Part shown: in pieces, positions 26,979 to 36,857 of the stretch | How the letters are laid out: every line of letters begins with the position of its first letter | Position numbering within the stretch: the first letter of the stretch is position 1 | Position numbers and translations under genes: made by a program | Assembly (NCBI GenBank): GCA_016186795.1 | Contig: JACPKY010000002.1 | Location: 925,892-989,891 of the forward strand | DNA from: Candidatus Gottesmanbacteria bacterium | GTDB taxonomy: Bacteria > Patescibacteriota > Microgenomatia > 2-02-FULL-39-11 | Reading direction: 5' to 3' | Length of the DNA stretch: 64,000 nucleotides | Notes under the pieces: generated by a model | Database searches by the model: none | Told to the model about the DNA's origin: nothing | What the model saw: only the letters and a program-made list of their open reading frames with translations

Positions 26979-27533
26979 TCAAAGGAGTTTTTTTAAAATC
27001 TTCACCTCTTTGTTTGTTGGTGACGTATAGTGTGCCTGGTCAAGAAGTTTTTGTGCAATTTTCTTTTCTCCCAACTCAAGCTCAATTTCCGCACGTTTGA
27101 GGTACGAATACGTATAGTCGGGATAGGCTTTTGAAAGAGTTTCCCAGTATACTTCCTCTGCAATACGTTTTTCCCGCATTGTTGTTAGGCTATTCCATAC
27201 TTCGATTGGTTGAGACTCCTCACCAAGGACTGATGTTTGTGGATTTTTTTGAAAGGTATTCTTGTATAGCTCCTGTGCAAGAGTAAATTCTTCCTTCGCA
27301 AGATTCCCATTTATTGAGAGTGCGTAGATTCCTAATTCCTGGTGCGTGTTACTGTCAAAAGGATTTTTCAAGACATCAATGCGTAGTTGGTTTTCATACG
27401 AGGTATTGGTGGTAAGGCTGATATTTACAAGCATGAAAGCCACGAGACAGAAGAAGCCTGATTGCCAAAAGAAGGGTGCGAGAGAAGGTGCGGTAAAATT
27501 GCGGTAAAATTGCGGGAATTTTTGGGACAGCAC
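26979..27533 (-). CDS. Hypothetical membrane-anchored TPR-like protein
   Basis: N-terminal TM; YPDYTYSYLKRAEIELELGEKKIAQKLLDQA TPR-like helices; TATAAT 7 nt before GTG. Confidence 0.65.
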   Translation of the reverse strand: MLSQKFPQFYRNFTAPSLAPFFWQSGFFCLVAFMLVNISLTTNTSYENQLRIDVLKNPFDSNTHQELGIYALSINGNLAKEEFTLAQELYKNTFQKNPQTSVLGEESQPIEVWNSLTTMREKRIAEEVYWETLSKAYPDYTYSYLKRAEIELELGEKKIAQKLLDQAHYTSPTNKEVKILKKLL

Positions 27534-27628
27534 ATTTTCTATTATAAAGAGAGAGAAGAGAGAATCGCAAGCCCACGGTTTACTATTGACTTCGATAGAT
27601 AAAATGGTTCAAAATACGGTTACTGCCC

Positions 27629-28126
27629 ATGGGATACGTACCTCTTTTTCTTTTCATTTTCTCTCTTTTTGCACCTGGTGCTAACGCACAAGCGGAGGAT
27701 GCACCGTTTGTTGAATCAGAGACGGGTGCAACGGGTCGCAATCAAGTTACGATTCAAAATGAAGGAAGCATTCCCACCAAGGTTGGGGAAGATGCTCTTT
27801 CAAATGTACTGGCGCAGTTTTCGAACGTCATCCTTCGGGAAGAGAAAATTGCGGCAAAATTAAAATCCCGGATGACAAAAATGGAGGGAGAAGGTGCCTT
27901 ACTCGGAGATGCTTTACCGAAATATGAGGGAATTCAGAACGATCTTCAGGCAGTACGTACTGATATGGAAGAACTTTCAACCGATCCTCAAAAAGACTAT
28001 GGGGACTATAAACTGAGGCTACAAGGCGTCTTTGAAAAAATTGCGACAATTTTAGAAAAAGAGAGACAATTAGTGAAGATACTTCGTGATATATCAGCTG
28101 GTACTATTCAGAAGGAGGGTATATAA
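27629..28126 (+). CDS. Hypothetical secreted coiled-coil protein
   Basis: Signal-peptide-like N-terminus ending ANA-QA; helical body. Confidence 0.65.
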   Translation: MGYVPLFLFIFSLFAPGANAQAEDAPFVESETGATGRNQVTIQNEGSIPTKVGEDALSNVLAQFSNVILREEKIAAKLKSRMTKMEGEGALLGDALPKYEGIQNDLQAVRTDMEELSTDPQKDYGDYKLRLQGVFEKIATILEKERQLVKILRDISAGTIQKEGI

Positions 28127-28130
28127 CCGT

Positions 28131-28610
28131 ATGTCTGATGAAACTTTTTCTGATAAACTGAGTTCATCCCAAGGAACGTCTCCGCCCGTTCAATCTCAGA
28201 CACCTTTGCCGGTCCAGTCGTCTTCTTTGGAAAACGACGTTCCCACTGCGCCTACGACTTCCACTCCACCGCCAACACCCCCTCCGACCGTTGTTGTTTC
28301 TTCTGGGAATGGTCCACCAGTATGGTTTTTACTTCTTTTTCTCCTCACCGTTATTGCTTTTCTTACAATGACCGTAATGCTTTACCAACGCATGTACCAT
28401 GGAAAATCTCTTCTTCCGGAAAGTATTTTCGCTACACCGACACTCACAGCTACTCCACTTCCGTCAGAGCCGCCAGTTTCTCAACAATGGGAATTCCCTG
28501 AAATTGGTGAGTCAGATGAACTTGCAACCATTGAGGCTGATATCAACGGTACGAATCTGAAATCCATGGATGATTCCATGGAGAGACTCGATAGAGAAGT
28601 TAGGAGGTAG
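28131..28610 (+). CDS. Hypothetical single-TM Pro/Ser/Thr-rich protein
   Basis: ATG 28131 after GGAGG; TM VWFLLLFLLTVIAFLTMTVML. Confidence 0.65.
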   Translation: MSDETFSDKLSSSQGTSPPVQSQTPLPVQSSSLENDVPTAPTTSTPPPTPPPTVVVSSGNGPPVWFLLLFLLTVIAFLTMTVMLYQRMYHGKSLLPESIFATPTLTATPLPSEPPVSQQWEFPEIGESDELATIEADINGTNLKSMDDSMERLDREVRR

Positions 28611-29007
28611 GAGTAGAGCTTTTCTTCTGAGAAAATCGCTTCAAAAGGGATCCGGTTAAAAAGCTTCCCCCTAAGAGCACAAATGCGATACTTTCCGGCC
28701 CTGTAGCAGGTGTTTCGTTTGTGGTGCTACTTTTCGCAGTTTGCGGTACCCCTCCCTTTGTGGTTGATTGGGTACCTATCGGGAAACGAGATGTGTATGG
28801 AGTTGGTGTGGAAGGAGGAGTCTGAGTGGGTATGACCTCTGCAAGGTTTGTAGGCGTTGGTGTTCCTGATGCAGTGATGGGGAAGATGGAAGGAATAAAC
28901 CGGCCGAATCGACTACGGAGAGCTCCGGCAATGCGGTTACTGGTGAGAAGAATAATAATGATAAAGATGAATCCTAAGAAAATAAGAATGAACCGACTTG
29001 ATGTCAT
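28600..29007 (-). CDS. Hypothetical surface protein with an LPxTG-like C-terminal sorting signal
   Basis: N-terminal TM, Pro/Thr linker, TPATGP followed by hydrophobic helix and basic tail. Confidence 0.65.
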   Translation of the reverse strand: MTSSRFILIFLGFIFIIIILLTSNRIAGALRSRFGRFIPSIFPITASGTPTPTNLAEVIPTQTPPSTPTPYTSRFPIGTQSTTKGGVPQTAKSSTTNETPATGPESIAFVLLGGSFLTGSLLKRFSQKKSSTPTS

Positions 29008-29126
29008 AATTTGGCTTCTCCTCTAAAATTCGGCCTATAATATACTATAAGGGGGATAATGTCAAGTAGAATGGGCTTTTATGGTACAATACAAAACATG
29101 TTTTGTCTCTTTCGAATATTTCCGCT

Positions 29127-29603
29127 ATGAACACCTTCTATAGTCCTACATACGGTATGTTGACGCAAGAAACAATGAGGGAAAAGATGTTAGAATTTAT
29201 GTCAGCCTCAAAAAATCATCTCTACACCCTTATTATTGGAACAGATTCTCACTCTAACAATGGTTCAGGAGTATCTTTTGCTACAGCTGTGACCATCCAC
29301 CGAGTAGGGGAGGGCGGAATTTATTTTTTCCGAAGATTTATCCAAACGACATCACTTGTTTTACAAGCACGTATTTTTCAGGAGGTATCGTACTCTTTAG
29401 AAATTGCCGATGAAGTATTAACTCTTCTCCAGGGCGATGGAATCTCAAAGTTTAATTTGGAGATTCATGTCGACGTTGGAGAGAATGGAAAAACGAGAGA
29501 ATTTATGGCTGATGTGATAGGAATGGTTCACGGTTCGGGCTTTAAGGCGAAGGTTAAGCCGTACTCTTTCGGAGCCTCAAAAGTCGCGGATAGACATACA
29601 TAG
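29127..29603 (+). CDS. RNase H-like YkuK (DUF458) family protein
   Basis: IIGTDSH, TAVTIHRVGEGG, RIFQEVSYSL, EIHVDVG..GKT, KPYSFGASKVADRH. Confidence 0.88.
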   Translation: MNTFYSPTYGMLTQETMREKMLEFMSASKNHLYTLIIGTDSHSNNGSGVSFATAVTIHRVGEGGIYFFRRFIQTTSLVLQARIFQEVSYSLEIADEVLTLLQGDGISKFNLEIHVDVGENGKTREFMADVIGMVHGSGFKAKVKPYSFGASKVADRHT

Positions 29604-29620
29604 AACTCGAAACTCCTCTT

Positions 29621-31954
29621 TTAAGAGGGACGAGGGGACGGTACATACGTAGGTATTGGGGCACATCCACCCTTTGGTTCTGTTCCTTTGACAAAAACCT
29701 CCTGTCTTCCATGGCACGGTATTGTAATAATTCCCGAAGGGATGGGAAATGGGTTATTCTTCATATCTTTCAGTAGGTTTTTCATAATTTCATTCCAGAT
29801 TGGCGCTGCTCCTGTGACTCCCGATGTAAGTTTCGGATCCATGGGGGAGTTGTCGTTATTTCCTACCCACGTCACTGTTACGAAATCTTGCGTATAGCCA
29901 ATTGTCCAGTTATCCCGTTTATTATCGCTAGTTCCTGTTTTGACCGCGACTGTTTTTCCGGGAATAACAAGCGATGAATTTGGTCCAAATGCCGGAGTTC
30001 GGGCGTAGTTATCGGAGAGGATATGGGTGAGGAGATACGCGGTCTGAGGAGAGAGTGCTTGGATTGGATTATTTTGATCAGGAAGATTTATTGGTTCCCC
30101 CTTCCAATTGGTAATTTTAAGAATAGGGCGGGGATCAAATCGGCTTCCCCCGGAAGCAAGTGTTCCGTAAACCTTTGCCATATCGAGCATGGTTACGTCT
30201 CCTCCTCCAAGCGTCAAGGAAAGGCCAAAGCGATTTTCATCGGCCCAACTTGTGACTCCCATTCGTTTCCCTTGCTCTATCATATTTTTTACTCCAATTT
30301 GGGCTAAAACTTTGACAGCGGGTACATTGTAGGATGATCCGAGTGCCACTCGAAGGGTAACTGGGCCATGGAATGCGCCATCATAGTTAAGAGGGGAATA
30401 CGCAGGAAGATCATCCACTTTATATATGACTGGAGTATCATAAAGAATTGTTGCGGGGGTGTATCCTCGGTTGAGTGCTTCAGCGTAGGTAATGACTTTG
30501 ATTGACGATCCTGGTTGTCGAAGAGCTGTTGTGAGGTTGACGTTGCCTTCTTTCTCGATATCAAAGTAATTTGCTGATCCAACCATAGCAAGGATTTCTC
30601 CATTCTGCGGATTGGTTATGAGAGCTGCCGCATTCCCTACACGCATGGGTCTCAGAGTATCGATTTGTTGAGAAATGACATTCTCTGCCATTTCTTGAAG
30701 TGAAAGGTCAAGAGATGTTGTTACCCGAAATCCTTCATGCGCGACAATTTCTGCCCCAAAGTAATTATTGAGGAGATTTCGAACATACATGACAAAATGC
30801 GGTGCAAGAATTGGTGTGACAGGGGTTCGAAACGTTAGTGTTTGTTGTTTTGCCGTTTCAGCTTCTTGCCGGGTGATAAATCCCGCCTCTACCATTTTAT
30901 TGAGGACTTCCTTTTGACGAGTGATGGCAAATTGAGGGTGATCTCCAAAAGGAGAGTAGAGAGTTGGTGCAGCAGGAAGACCAGCAAGAAGAGAAGCTTC
31001 GGAAAGAGTAAGACTTTTTGTGTCTTTACCGAAATAATATTGTGCTGCAGCCTCTATTCCCCAGGCGGTTCCTCCGTAGGGGACTTGGTTTAAGTACATC
31101 TCCAGAATTTGGTCTTTGGTATAGACTCTTTCTGCCCAGACGGCAAGGACGATTTCAACAATTTTTCTCTGGACTGTTTTTTCTGGAGTTAAAAGCGCAC
31201 TCCTGACTAGTTGCTGTGTAATTGTCGATCCTCCCTGGAGTGTGGGGGAATTCAGATTGTGAAGAAACGCCCGAAGGATTCCTCGTGAAGATATTCCTTG
31301 GTGGTTGAAAAAATCTTTGTCTTCAATTGCAAGCGTTGCGTCAATAACATATTTGGGAATTTGCGCAATGGCAATTGGTGTTCTATTTTCTTCTGCAAAG
31401 TATTCATAGAGCAGTTTTCCATTGCGATCGTAAATTTTTGTTGTGGTGGGAATATCTCGAAGCGATAAATAATTGGGGTTTGGAAGAGCCGTGACAATGC
31501 CGTGAAGTCTGAATGAGATAGCAATTATGATGACAACGAGGCTTCCAAAAAGAAAATACTTCATTTTTAAAAGGGAAAGATAGAACGAATAACTAGAGAA
31601 GTACCCTTTGATGCGGAAAAATGTCGATAGAAATGGATTTTTGGGAAGTATAAGTCGAAAGTGACGTGACGAATAAATTGTATGGAGGGAATGGGACGAT
31701 GCAGAAGAGCTAGCTATTCTTTTTTTCCTAAAAAGATTCTGAAACGTACGTTTTCCGTTCATAAGTAGATGAACAAATATCTTCTTCTGTATACGCAAAA
31801 CTGCCCTAAGGAATGTATATTCCAAAGTAAGGAGGGTAGTACTAAAAGAAAGGAGTAGATCCCCAATAATTTTTAGGAAATAGAGAATACTTATAGGGAT
31901 GGAAAAGAGAACCGATAGGAATAAATTGTTTGTCTTATAGGATTTTTTCTTCAT
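29621..31954 (-). CDS. Class A penicillin-binding protein (transglycosylase/transpeptidase)
   Basis: EDKDFFNHQG, GGSTITQQL, RQPGSSIK (SxxK), SYN, KTGT; start uncertain (ATG 31954 with TATAGT upstream). Confidence 0.93.
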   Translation of the reverse strand: MKKKSYKTNNLFLSVLFSIPISILYFLKIIGDLLLSFSTTLLTLEYTFLRAVLRIQKKIFVHLLMNGKRTFQNLFRKKRIASSSASSHSLHTIYSSRHFRLILPKNPFLSTFFRIKGYFSSYSFYLSLLKMKYFLFGSLVVIIIAISFRLHGIVTALPNPNYLSLRDIPTTTKIYDRNGKLLYEYFAEENRTPIAIAQIPKYVIDATLAIEDKDFFNHQGISSRGILRAFLHNLNSPTLQGGSTITQQLVRSALLTPEKTVQRKIVEIVLAVWAERVYTKDQILEMYLNQVPYGGTAWGIEAAAQYYFGKDTKSLTLSEASLLAGLPAAPTLYSPFGDHPQFAITRQKEVLNKMVEAGFITRQEAETAKQQTLTFRTPVTPILAPHFVMYVRNLLNNYFGAEIVAHEGFRVTTSLDLSLQEMAENVISQQIDTLRPMRVGNAAALITNPQNGEILAMVGSANYFDIEKEGNVNLTTALRQPGSSIKVITYAEALNRGYTPATILYDTPVIYKVDDLPAYSPLNYDGAFHGPVTLRVALGSSYNVPAVKVLAQIGVKNMIEQGKRMGVTSWADENRFGLSLTLGGGDVTMLDMAKVYGTLASGGSRFDPRPILKITNWKGEPINLPDQNNPIQALSPQTAYLLTHILSDNYARTPAFGPNSSLVIPGKTVAVKTGTSDNKRDNWTIGYTQDFVTVTWVGNNDNSPMDPKLTSGVTGAAPIWNEIMKNLLKDMKNNPFPIPSGIITIPCHGRQEVFVKGTEPKGGCAPIPTYVPSPRPS

Positions 31955-32000
31955 CGGGGAAGAACTATAGCACAGGTGAAGGGCATTTGTGAAGGGGATA

Positions 32001-34280
32001 TTAGGGTGATCTGACTGTTGTGACGGGATCTCCTCCCTCATGGGAACAGTCAATACAGTAGGAACCAAATGGGTCAGAAACTACCTGGTGTTCCTTCATC
32101 TCAATATTCTCTTTTTGAGAACTTGGAGCCATTTTTTGCGTCGTTGTATCAACGGCGATTGTAAGTTTTAGCTCTTCTGGATCTTTGGGAACCGTGCCTT
32201 TGATGAAGTACTCAAAGCGTGTCGGACAGCCTCGGTCTGAGGCATTGGGGTCAGTATTCGGAGGAGCTTTTCCTGAGAGAGCACATATTTGCACACCCAC
32301 AATATCGGCAGGCTGTTTTGGCCATAAGTCAGTTTGTGATTGTAACACTTTTCTCGTGAGAGTATTCCAGATTGGCGCAGCTCCCGTGACACCTGAAGTT
32401 AAATACGGATGCATTGGAGTATTATCGTTATTTCCTACCCAGACAGCTATCAGAAAATTGGGAGTAAAACCAATTGTCCAGTTGTCTCTTTTGTCATCCG
32501 TTGTTCCGGTTTTGACAGAGACTGCCCGGTTGGGAATGACAAGATAGGAGGAAGAACTAAATGCTTGAGAACGGGCATTATTATCTAAAAGTATATGTGA
32601 GATAAGAAACGACGTTTCGGGAGATAAAACTCGTGGTCCTTCAATAAGAAGGGATGAAGGGTATGATAACGGCGCATGGATGTCGGCGACAAAATTCTGG
32701 TCTCGGTACTCCTCCAGAACTTTTCCTTCTTTATCAGTGACTTTAAGAATACTGACAAGATCTTTGACGATTCCAGTGTTGGCAAAGACACCGAAGGCTT
32801 TTGCCATATCGAGCATGGTTACCTCTCCTCCTCCAAGTGTCAAAGAGAGACCGTACCGTGATGGATCGGTAAATGTTGAAATTCCCATGGCTGATGCGGA
32901 GGCAATGACTGTCGAAACGCCATTTTGAGCCATCATTTTGACAGCCGGAATATTGAAGGAGTTTCCAAGTGCAAAGCGAAGTTGTACCGGCCCATGGAAT
33001 TTTCCATCGTAGTTTACCGGACAGTACAGTGGTTGTCCTGGTACGGAAAAACATGTCGGAGCATCGATAAAAAGTGATGCAAGAGTAACTTTCTTGGTTT
33101 CTATTCCCACAGCATAGTTGATCGGTTTAAAGGCACTTCCTGGTTGTCGGAAGGAAGTTGTGACGTTGAAATTTCCTGATCCAGTAGCAAAATAATCTTT
33201 GGATCCGACCATCGCCAGAATTTCACCTGTTGGTGGTCTGGTAACAATAGAGGCACCATTGCCGACACGGAGATCTTTGAGTTTGGCAACTTCGGTTGCG
33301 ACAGTATCTTGAGCAATGTCTTGCGTAGGCAGATCAAGAGTAGTTGTGACACGAAGTCCGCCTTGCTCAACAAGTTTTTCTCCATATTTTTCCACAAGTT
33401 GTTCCTTCACGTACATGACAAAATGCGGTGCCTGGATATTTTCTATTTGGGGACGGAATTGGAGCGTTTCATTCTCTGCCATCTCTTTTTCTTCCTTTCC
33501 GATGTACCCATCCTCTACCATTCGTGCAAGAACTTCTTTTTGGCGTCGAATTGCATACTCAGGGTGTGCACCAAATGGAGAGTAGAGAGTTGGTGCAGCA
33601 GGAAGGCCAGCAAGAAGGGAAGCTTCGGAAAGGGTTAAGTCTTTTACCGGTTTTCCAAAATATCGTTCTGCTGCAGCCTCTATCCCCCAGGCGGTTCCTC
33701 CATAGGGGACTTGGTTTAAGTACATCTCCAGGATTTGGTCTTTGGAATAAAGCTGCTCTGTCCAAAAGGCAAGAATGATCTCTTTTATTTTCCGACTCAC
33801 TGTTCTTTCGGGTGTGAGGAGGGCAGTTTTCACAAGTTGCTGTGTAATTGTCGATCCTCCCTGGAGTTGTTTTTGAAGAAGCGTATCTTTGATGGCTCTC
33901 GCAACTCCACCGATGGGGTTGACTCCTTGATGCTTATAGAAATCTTTATCCTCAATTGCAATTGTTGCCCGTCTTAAATGTTGGGGTATATCGGAAAGTT
34001 TTACAAGTGTTCTATTCTGATCAGTATAGATTTCATAAAGGAGCGTTCCTGAACGGTCATAGATTTTTGTCGTTTGGGGAATTTCATAGGAAGAAAGTTT
34101 CGATGGAGACGGTAAGTCTTTCAGGATAAAAAAGAAAAAAGAGAATCCCAGAAGAATAAGAATACCGGAGAAAAAAATGAGCTTCTTTTTTTTATTTGGA
34201 ATTTTTTTTCCAACCGCCAAAATGCCTGAGCTCAGGCTTTTCCAAACATTTCGGGAGTGTTTTTTTTCCTCTATTTGCAT
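32001..34280 (-). CDS. Class A penicillin-binding protein (tandem paralog)
   Basis: EDKDFYKHQG, GGSTITQQL, RQPGSAFK, SFN, KTGT; C-terminal Cys-containing tail. Confidence 0.95.
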   Translation of the reverse strand: MQIEEKKHSRNVWKSLSSGILAVGKKIPNKKKKLIFFSGILILLGFSFFFFILKDLPSPSKLSSYEIPQTTKIYDRSGTLLYEIYTDQNRTLVKLSDIPQHLRRATIAIEDKDFYKHQGVNPIGGVARAIKDTLLQKQLQGGSTITQQLVKTALLTPERTVSRKIKEIILAFWTEQLYSKDQILEMYLNQVPYGGTAWGIEAAAERYFGKPVKDLTLSEASLLAGLPAAPTLYSPFGAHPEYAIRRQKEVLARMVEDGYIGKEEKEMAENETLQFRPQIENIQAPHFVMYVKEQLVEKYGEKLVEQGGLRVTTTLDLPTQDIAQDTVATEVAKLKDLRVGNGASIVTRPPTGEILAMVGSKDYFATGSGNFNVTTSFRQPGSAFKPINYAVGIETKKVTLASLFIDAPTCFSVPGQPLYCPVNYDGKFHGPVQLRFALGNSFNIPAVKMMAQNGVSTVIASASAMGISTFTDPSRYGLSLTLGGGEVTMLDMAKAFGVFANTGIVKDLVSILKVTDKEGKVLEEYRDQNFVADIHAPLSYPSSLLIEGPRVLSPETSFLISHILLDNNARSQAFSSSSYLVIPNRAVSVKTGTTDDKRDNWTIGFTPNFLIAVWVGNNDNTPMHPYLTSGVTGAAPIWNTLTRKVLQSQTDLWPKQPADIVGVQICALSGKAPPNTDPNASDRGCPTRFEYFIKGTVPKDPEELKLTIAVDTTTQKMAPSSQKENIEMKEHQVVSDPFGSYCIDCSHEGGDPVTTVRSP

Positions 34281-34401
34281 GAAGGTCAATTATACCACCG
34301 GCATATATTTCAATTTTATCATGGGAATGGGGAGAGAGTAAAAAAGGGAGGGTAGGGGTATCTGGTAGATCAAACCATGTGATACAATATCATATCACAG
34401 T

Positions 34402-35412
34402 ATGTTTTCTCCACTTCACGGGAATTGGGTTGATCTTATCATCATCTTGGTTTTCCTCTCCTACCTTTGGGGAGGAGTTCGTCGGGGATTCCTTCTCGGG
34501 ATGTTTGATTTAAGTGGGTTTATTCTCTCGTTTTTTGTGTCCCTTAAATCGTACGCCATTGTCGGATCACTTCTCGTTGATAATTTTTCTCTCCCGACAG
34601 GTATTGCAAATGCTGTTGGATTTCTCCTTGCTGGATTTTTAGCACAGACACTTTTTTCGTACGGTGCATTTTTTATTTATAAGAAGTTTATTCTCCACAT
34701 TTTTAACCCCTTTGATCAAAAGAAGAAAAATATGCTCCGTTTTGTAAATAACGTCTTGGGAGCAATTACTGCTCTTGGAGAGGCAGCCATATTTATTGCG
34801 TTTATGCTTACTCTTTTGGTTGCGTTACCCGTTGCCGGAAGGATAAAAAAAGACATTGTTTCTTCTAAAATTGGCGGCGTCTTCGTTTCCAAAACTCAAG
34901 GAATTGAACATCAACTCAATGCGATTTTTGGTACAGCTGTCAATGAAACCCTCACGTTTATTACGATTAATCCAAACCCTTCCTCAAACGAACGGGTGAA
35001 TCTCCATTTTACCCAGAGTGAAATTAGAATTGATGAAAATGCAGAGCGCACCATGCTTGAGCTTATGAATGAGGAACGGGGGAAGGAGGGATTGGGGAAA
35101 TTGACACTTTCTGTTTCTCTTCGAACTCTTTCTCGTGCATACGCAACTGATATGTTCGCCAGAGGATATTTTTCCCACTTCAATCCCGAGGGTGAATCTC
35201 CATTTGATAGAATGGATAAAGCAAAGATATCGTATACAGCCGCGGGGGAAAATCTTGCTCTTGCCCCAAACGTGACACTTGCCCATCAAGGCCTTATGAA
35301 TTCTCCAGGACACCGGGCAAATATTCTTTCTCCTGATTATGGAAAGGTGGGGATTGGTGTCATCGACGGTGGAATTTATGGAGAGATGTTTGTGCAAGAG
35401 TTTACTGATTAA
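34402..35412 (+). CDS. CvpA-family membrane domain fused to a CAP/SCP domain
   Basis: NWVDLIII...GVRRGF (CvpA); C-terminal MFARGYFSH, GENLA, LMNSPGHRANIL (CAP). Confidence 0.88.
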   Translation: MFSPLHGNWVDLIIILVFLSYLWGGVRRGFLLGMFDLSGFILSFFVSLKSYAIVGSLLVDNFSLPTGIANAVGFLLAGFLAQTLFSYGAFFIYKKFILHIFNPFDQKKKNMLRFVNNVLGAITALGEAAIFIAFMLTLLVALPVAGRIKKDIVSSKIGGVFVSKTQGIEHQLNAIFGTAVNETLTFITINPNPSSNERVNLHFTQSEIRIDENAERTMLELMNEERGKEGLGKLTLSVSLRTLSRAYATDMFARGYFSHFNPEGESPFDRMDKAKISYTAAGENLALAPNVTLAHQGLMNSPGHRANILSPDYGKVGIGVIDGGIYGEMFVQEFTD

Positions 35413-35436
35413 ACAGATTCATCTGTCGTTCCTTCA

Positions 35437-36378
35437 TTGAAAATATCAAATTCCATCCCGATTAAATCGGGACAAATTTTGCATGATGTTTCTCTCGCTT
35501 CCCTGAGTACATTTGGTATTGGTGGTTTGGCAAGCATGTATGTTGCGGTACGAAATCCGAAAGAGTTGGAAGATGTTGTTCTTTGGGCAAAGAGTGAAAA
35601 ATTACCGTTTCAACTCGTTGCCGGTGGAAGTAATATCGTTTTTCCCGATGAAGGTCTACAGTGTCTTGTTATTCACAATCACGGAGAGAGTTTAAGCCAA
35701 CATGACAATGTACTTATTGTTGATAGCGGTGTTGAATTATCAAACGTTATTTCCTTTTGTATAACACGCGGGTTTTCGGGAGTTGAATATTTATCTGGCA
35801 TTCCAGGAACCATAGGAGGTGCAGTTGTGGGGAATGCCGGAGCATATGGACATGCAATATCAGAAGTTGTTGAGTACGTAGAGGTTTTGAATGGAAAAAA
35901 GATAGAGAAAATTAATAACCAACTCTGTGGATTTCGTTATCGGGAAAGTATTTTTAAAAGGAAATCATTCGTGTTACTTCGAATTTGTATACGACTCACT
36001 CAGGGGGTTAAAAAAGATTTGCGAAAAGTATCTTCAGATGTTATTAAGCAACGGGAAACTAAATATCACCCGGGCATCCGTTGCCCAGGAAGTTTTTTTA
36101 AAAATGTATTAGAAATCGACATAAGTAAGAACTCTCTCTCTCGTATCGATCAGAATGTTATCATCGCTGGGAAAATTCCTGCTGGATTTCTTCTCGGTGA
36201 AGTGGGAGCAAGAGGGATGAAAATCGGGGGAATAAAAATTGCAGATTATCACGGGAATCTTTTTGTAAACACAGGAAGCGGTACAGCCAAAGATGTAAAG
36301 AAACTTGCGCAAATTTTGAAAAAGAGAGTTTTGGAAAAATTCCATATTCAATTGGAAGAAGAAATTCGATATTTTTAA
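35437..36378 (+). CDS. murB: UDP-N-acetylenolpyruvoylglucosamine reductase
   Basis: TFGIGG, GGSN, GIPGTIGGAVVGNAGAYG, FRYRESIFK, GSFFKN, LEEE. Confidence 0.95.
   Translation: MKISNSIPIKSGQILHDVSLASLSTFGIGGLASMYVAVRNPKELEDVVLWAKSEKLPFQLVAGGSNIVFPDEGLQCLVIHNHGESLSQHDNVLIVDSGVELSNVISFCITRGFSGVEYLSGIPGTIGGAVVGNAGAYGHAISEVVEYVEVLNGKKIEKINNQLCGFRYRESIFKRKSFVLLRICIRLTQGVKKDLRKVSSDVIKQRETKYHPGIRCPGSFFKNVLEIDISKNSLSRIDQNVIIAGKIPAGFLLGEVGARGMKIGGIKIADYHGNLFVNTGSGTAKDVKKLAQILKKRVLEKFHIQLEEEIRYF
35455..35472. repeat. Second copy of the palindrome core, inside the murB 5' end
   Basis: ATCCCGATTAAATCGGGA is the exact reverse complement of 21805-21822. Confidence 0.65.
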
Positions 36379-36380
36379 AG

Positions 36381-36824
36381 ATGAAAGCTCTTATCCAACG
36401 CGTTAAATCAGGCAAAGTATCAGTAGCAGGGAAAACGATTGGAGAAATCGGGAAAGGATATGTCATTTTGTTGGGAGTGAAAGATGGAGATAGCGAAAAA
36501 GAAGTGTTTCAACTATCCCAAAAAGTAGTAACGCTTCGCATCATGTCTGATGAGGCGGGAAAAATGAATAAATCCATTCTTGATGTGGGAGGAGAAATAC
36601 TTATTATTTCTCAATTTACTCTTTACGCAGATACATCTGGAGGAAGAAGACCATCTTTTATTGCAGCCGCAAAACCAGAGGTTGCTCATACGCTGTACGT
36701 CCAATTTATAGACGAATTAAAGCGATTAGGAGTAAGAAATGTTCAAACAGGATCATTTGGTGCATATATGAATGTTTCAATAGAAAACGATGGACCCGTC
36801 ACAATTCTTGTTGAGAGCAATTGA
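36381..36824 (+). CDS. dtd: D-aminoacyl-tRNA deacylase
   Basis: MKALIQRV, SQFTL, GRRPSF, NDGPVT. Confidence 0.97.
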   Translation: MKALIQRVKSGKVSVAGKTIGEIGKGYVILLGVKDGDSEKEVFQLSQKVVTLRIMSDEAGKMNKSILDVGGEILIISQFTLYADTSGGRRPSFIAAAKPEVAHTLYVQFIDELKRLGVRNVQTGSFGAYMNVSIENDGPVTILVESN

Positions 36825-36857
36825 GCGTATCTATTCGGACGTGGTACGATACGTATA

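Noticed and set aside
31955-32068. ORF-track N-terminal extension of the first PBP overlapping the second
   Set aside because: A downstream ATG with a -10 box gives a non-overlapping start
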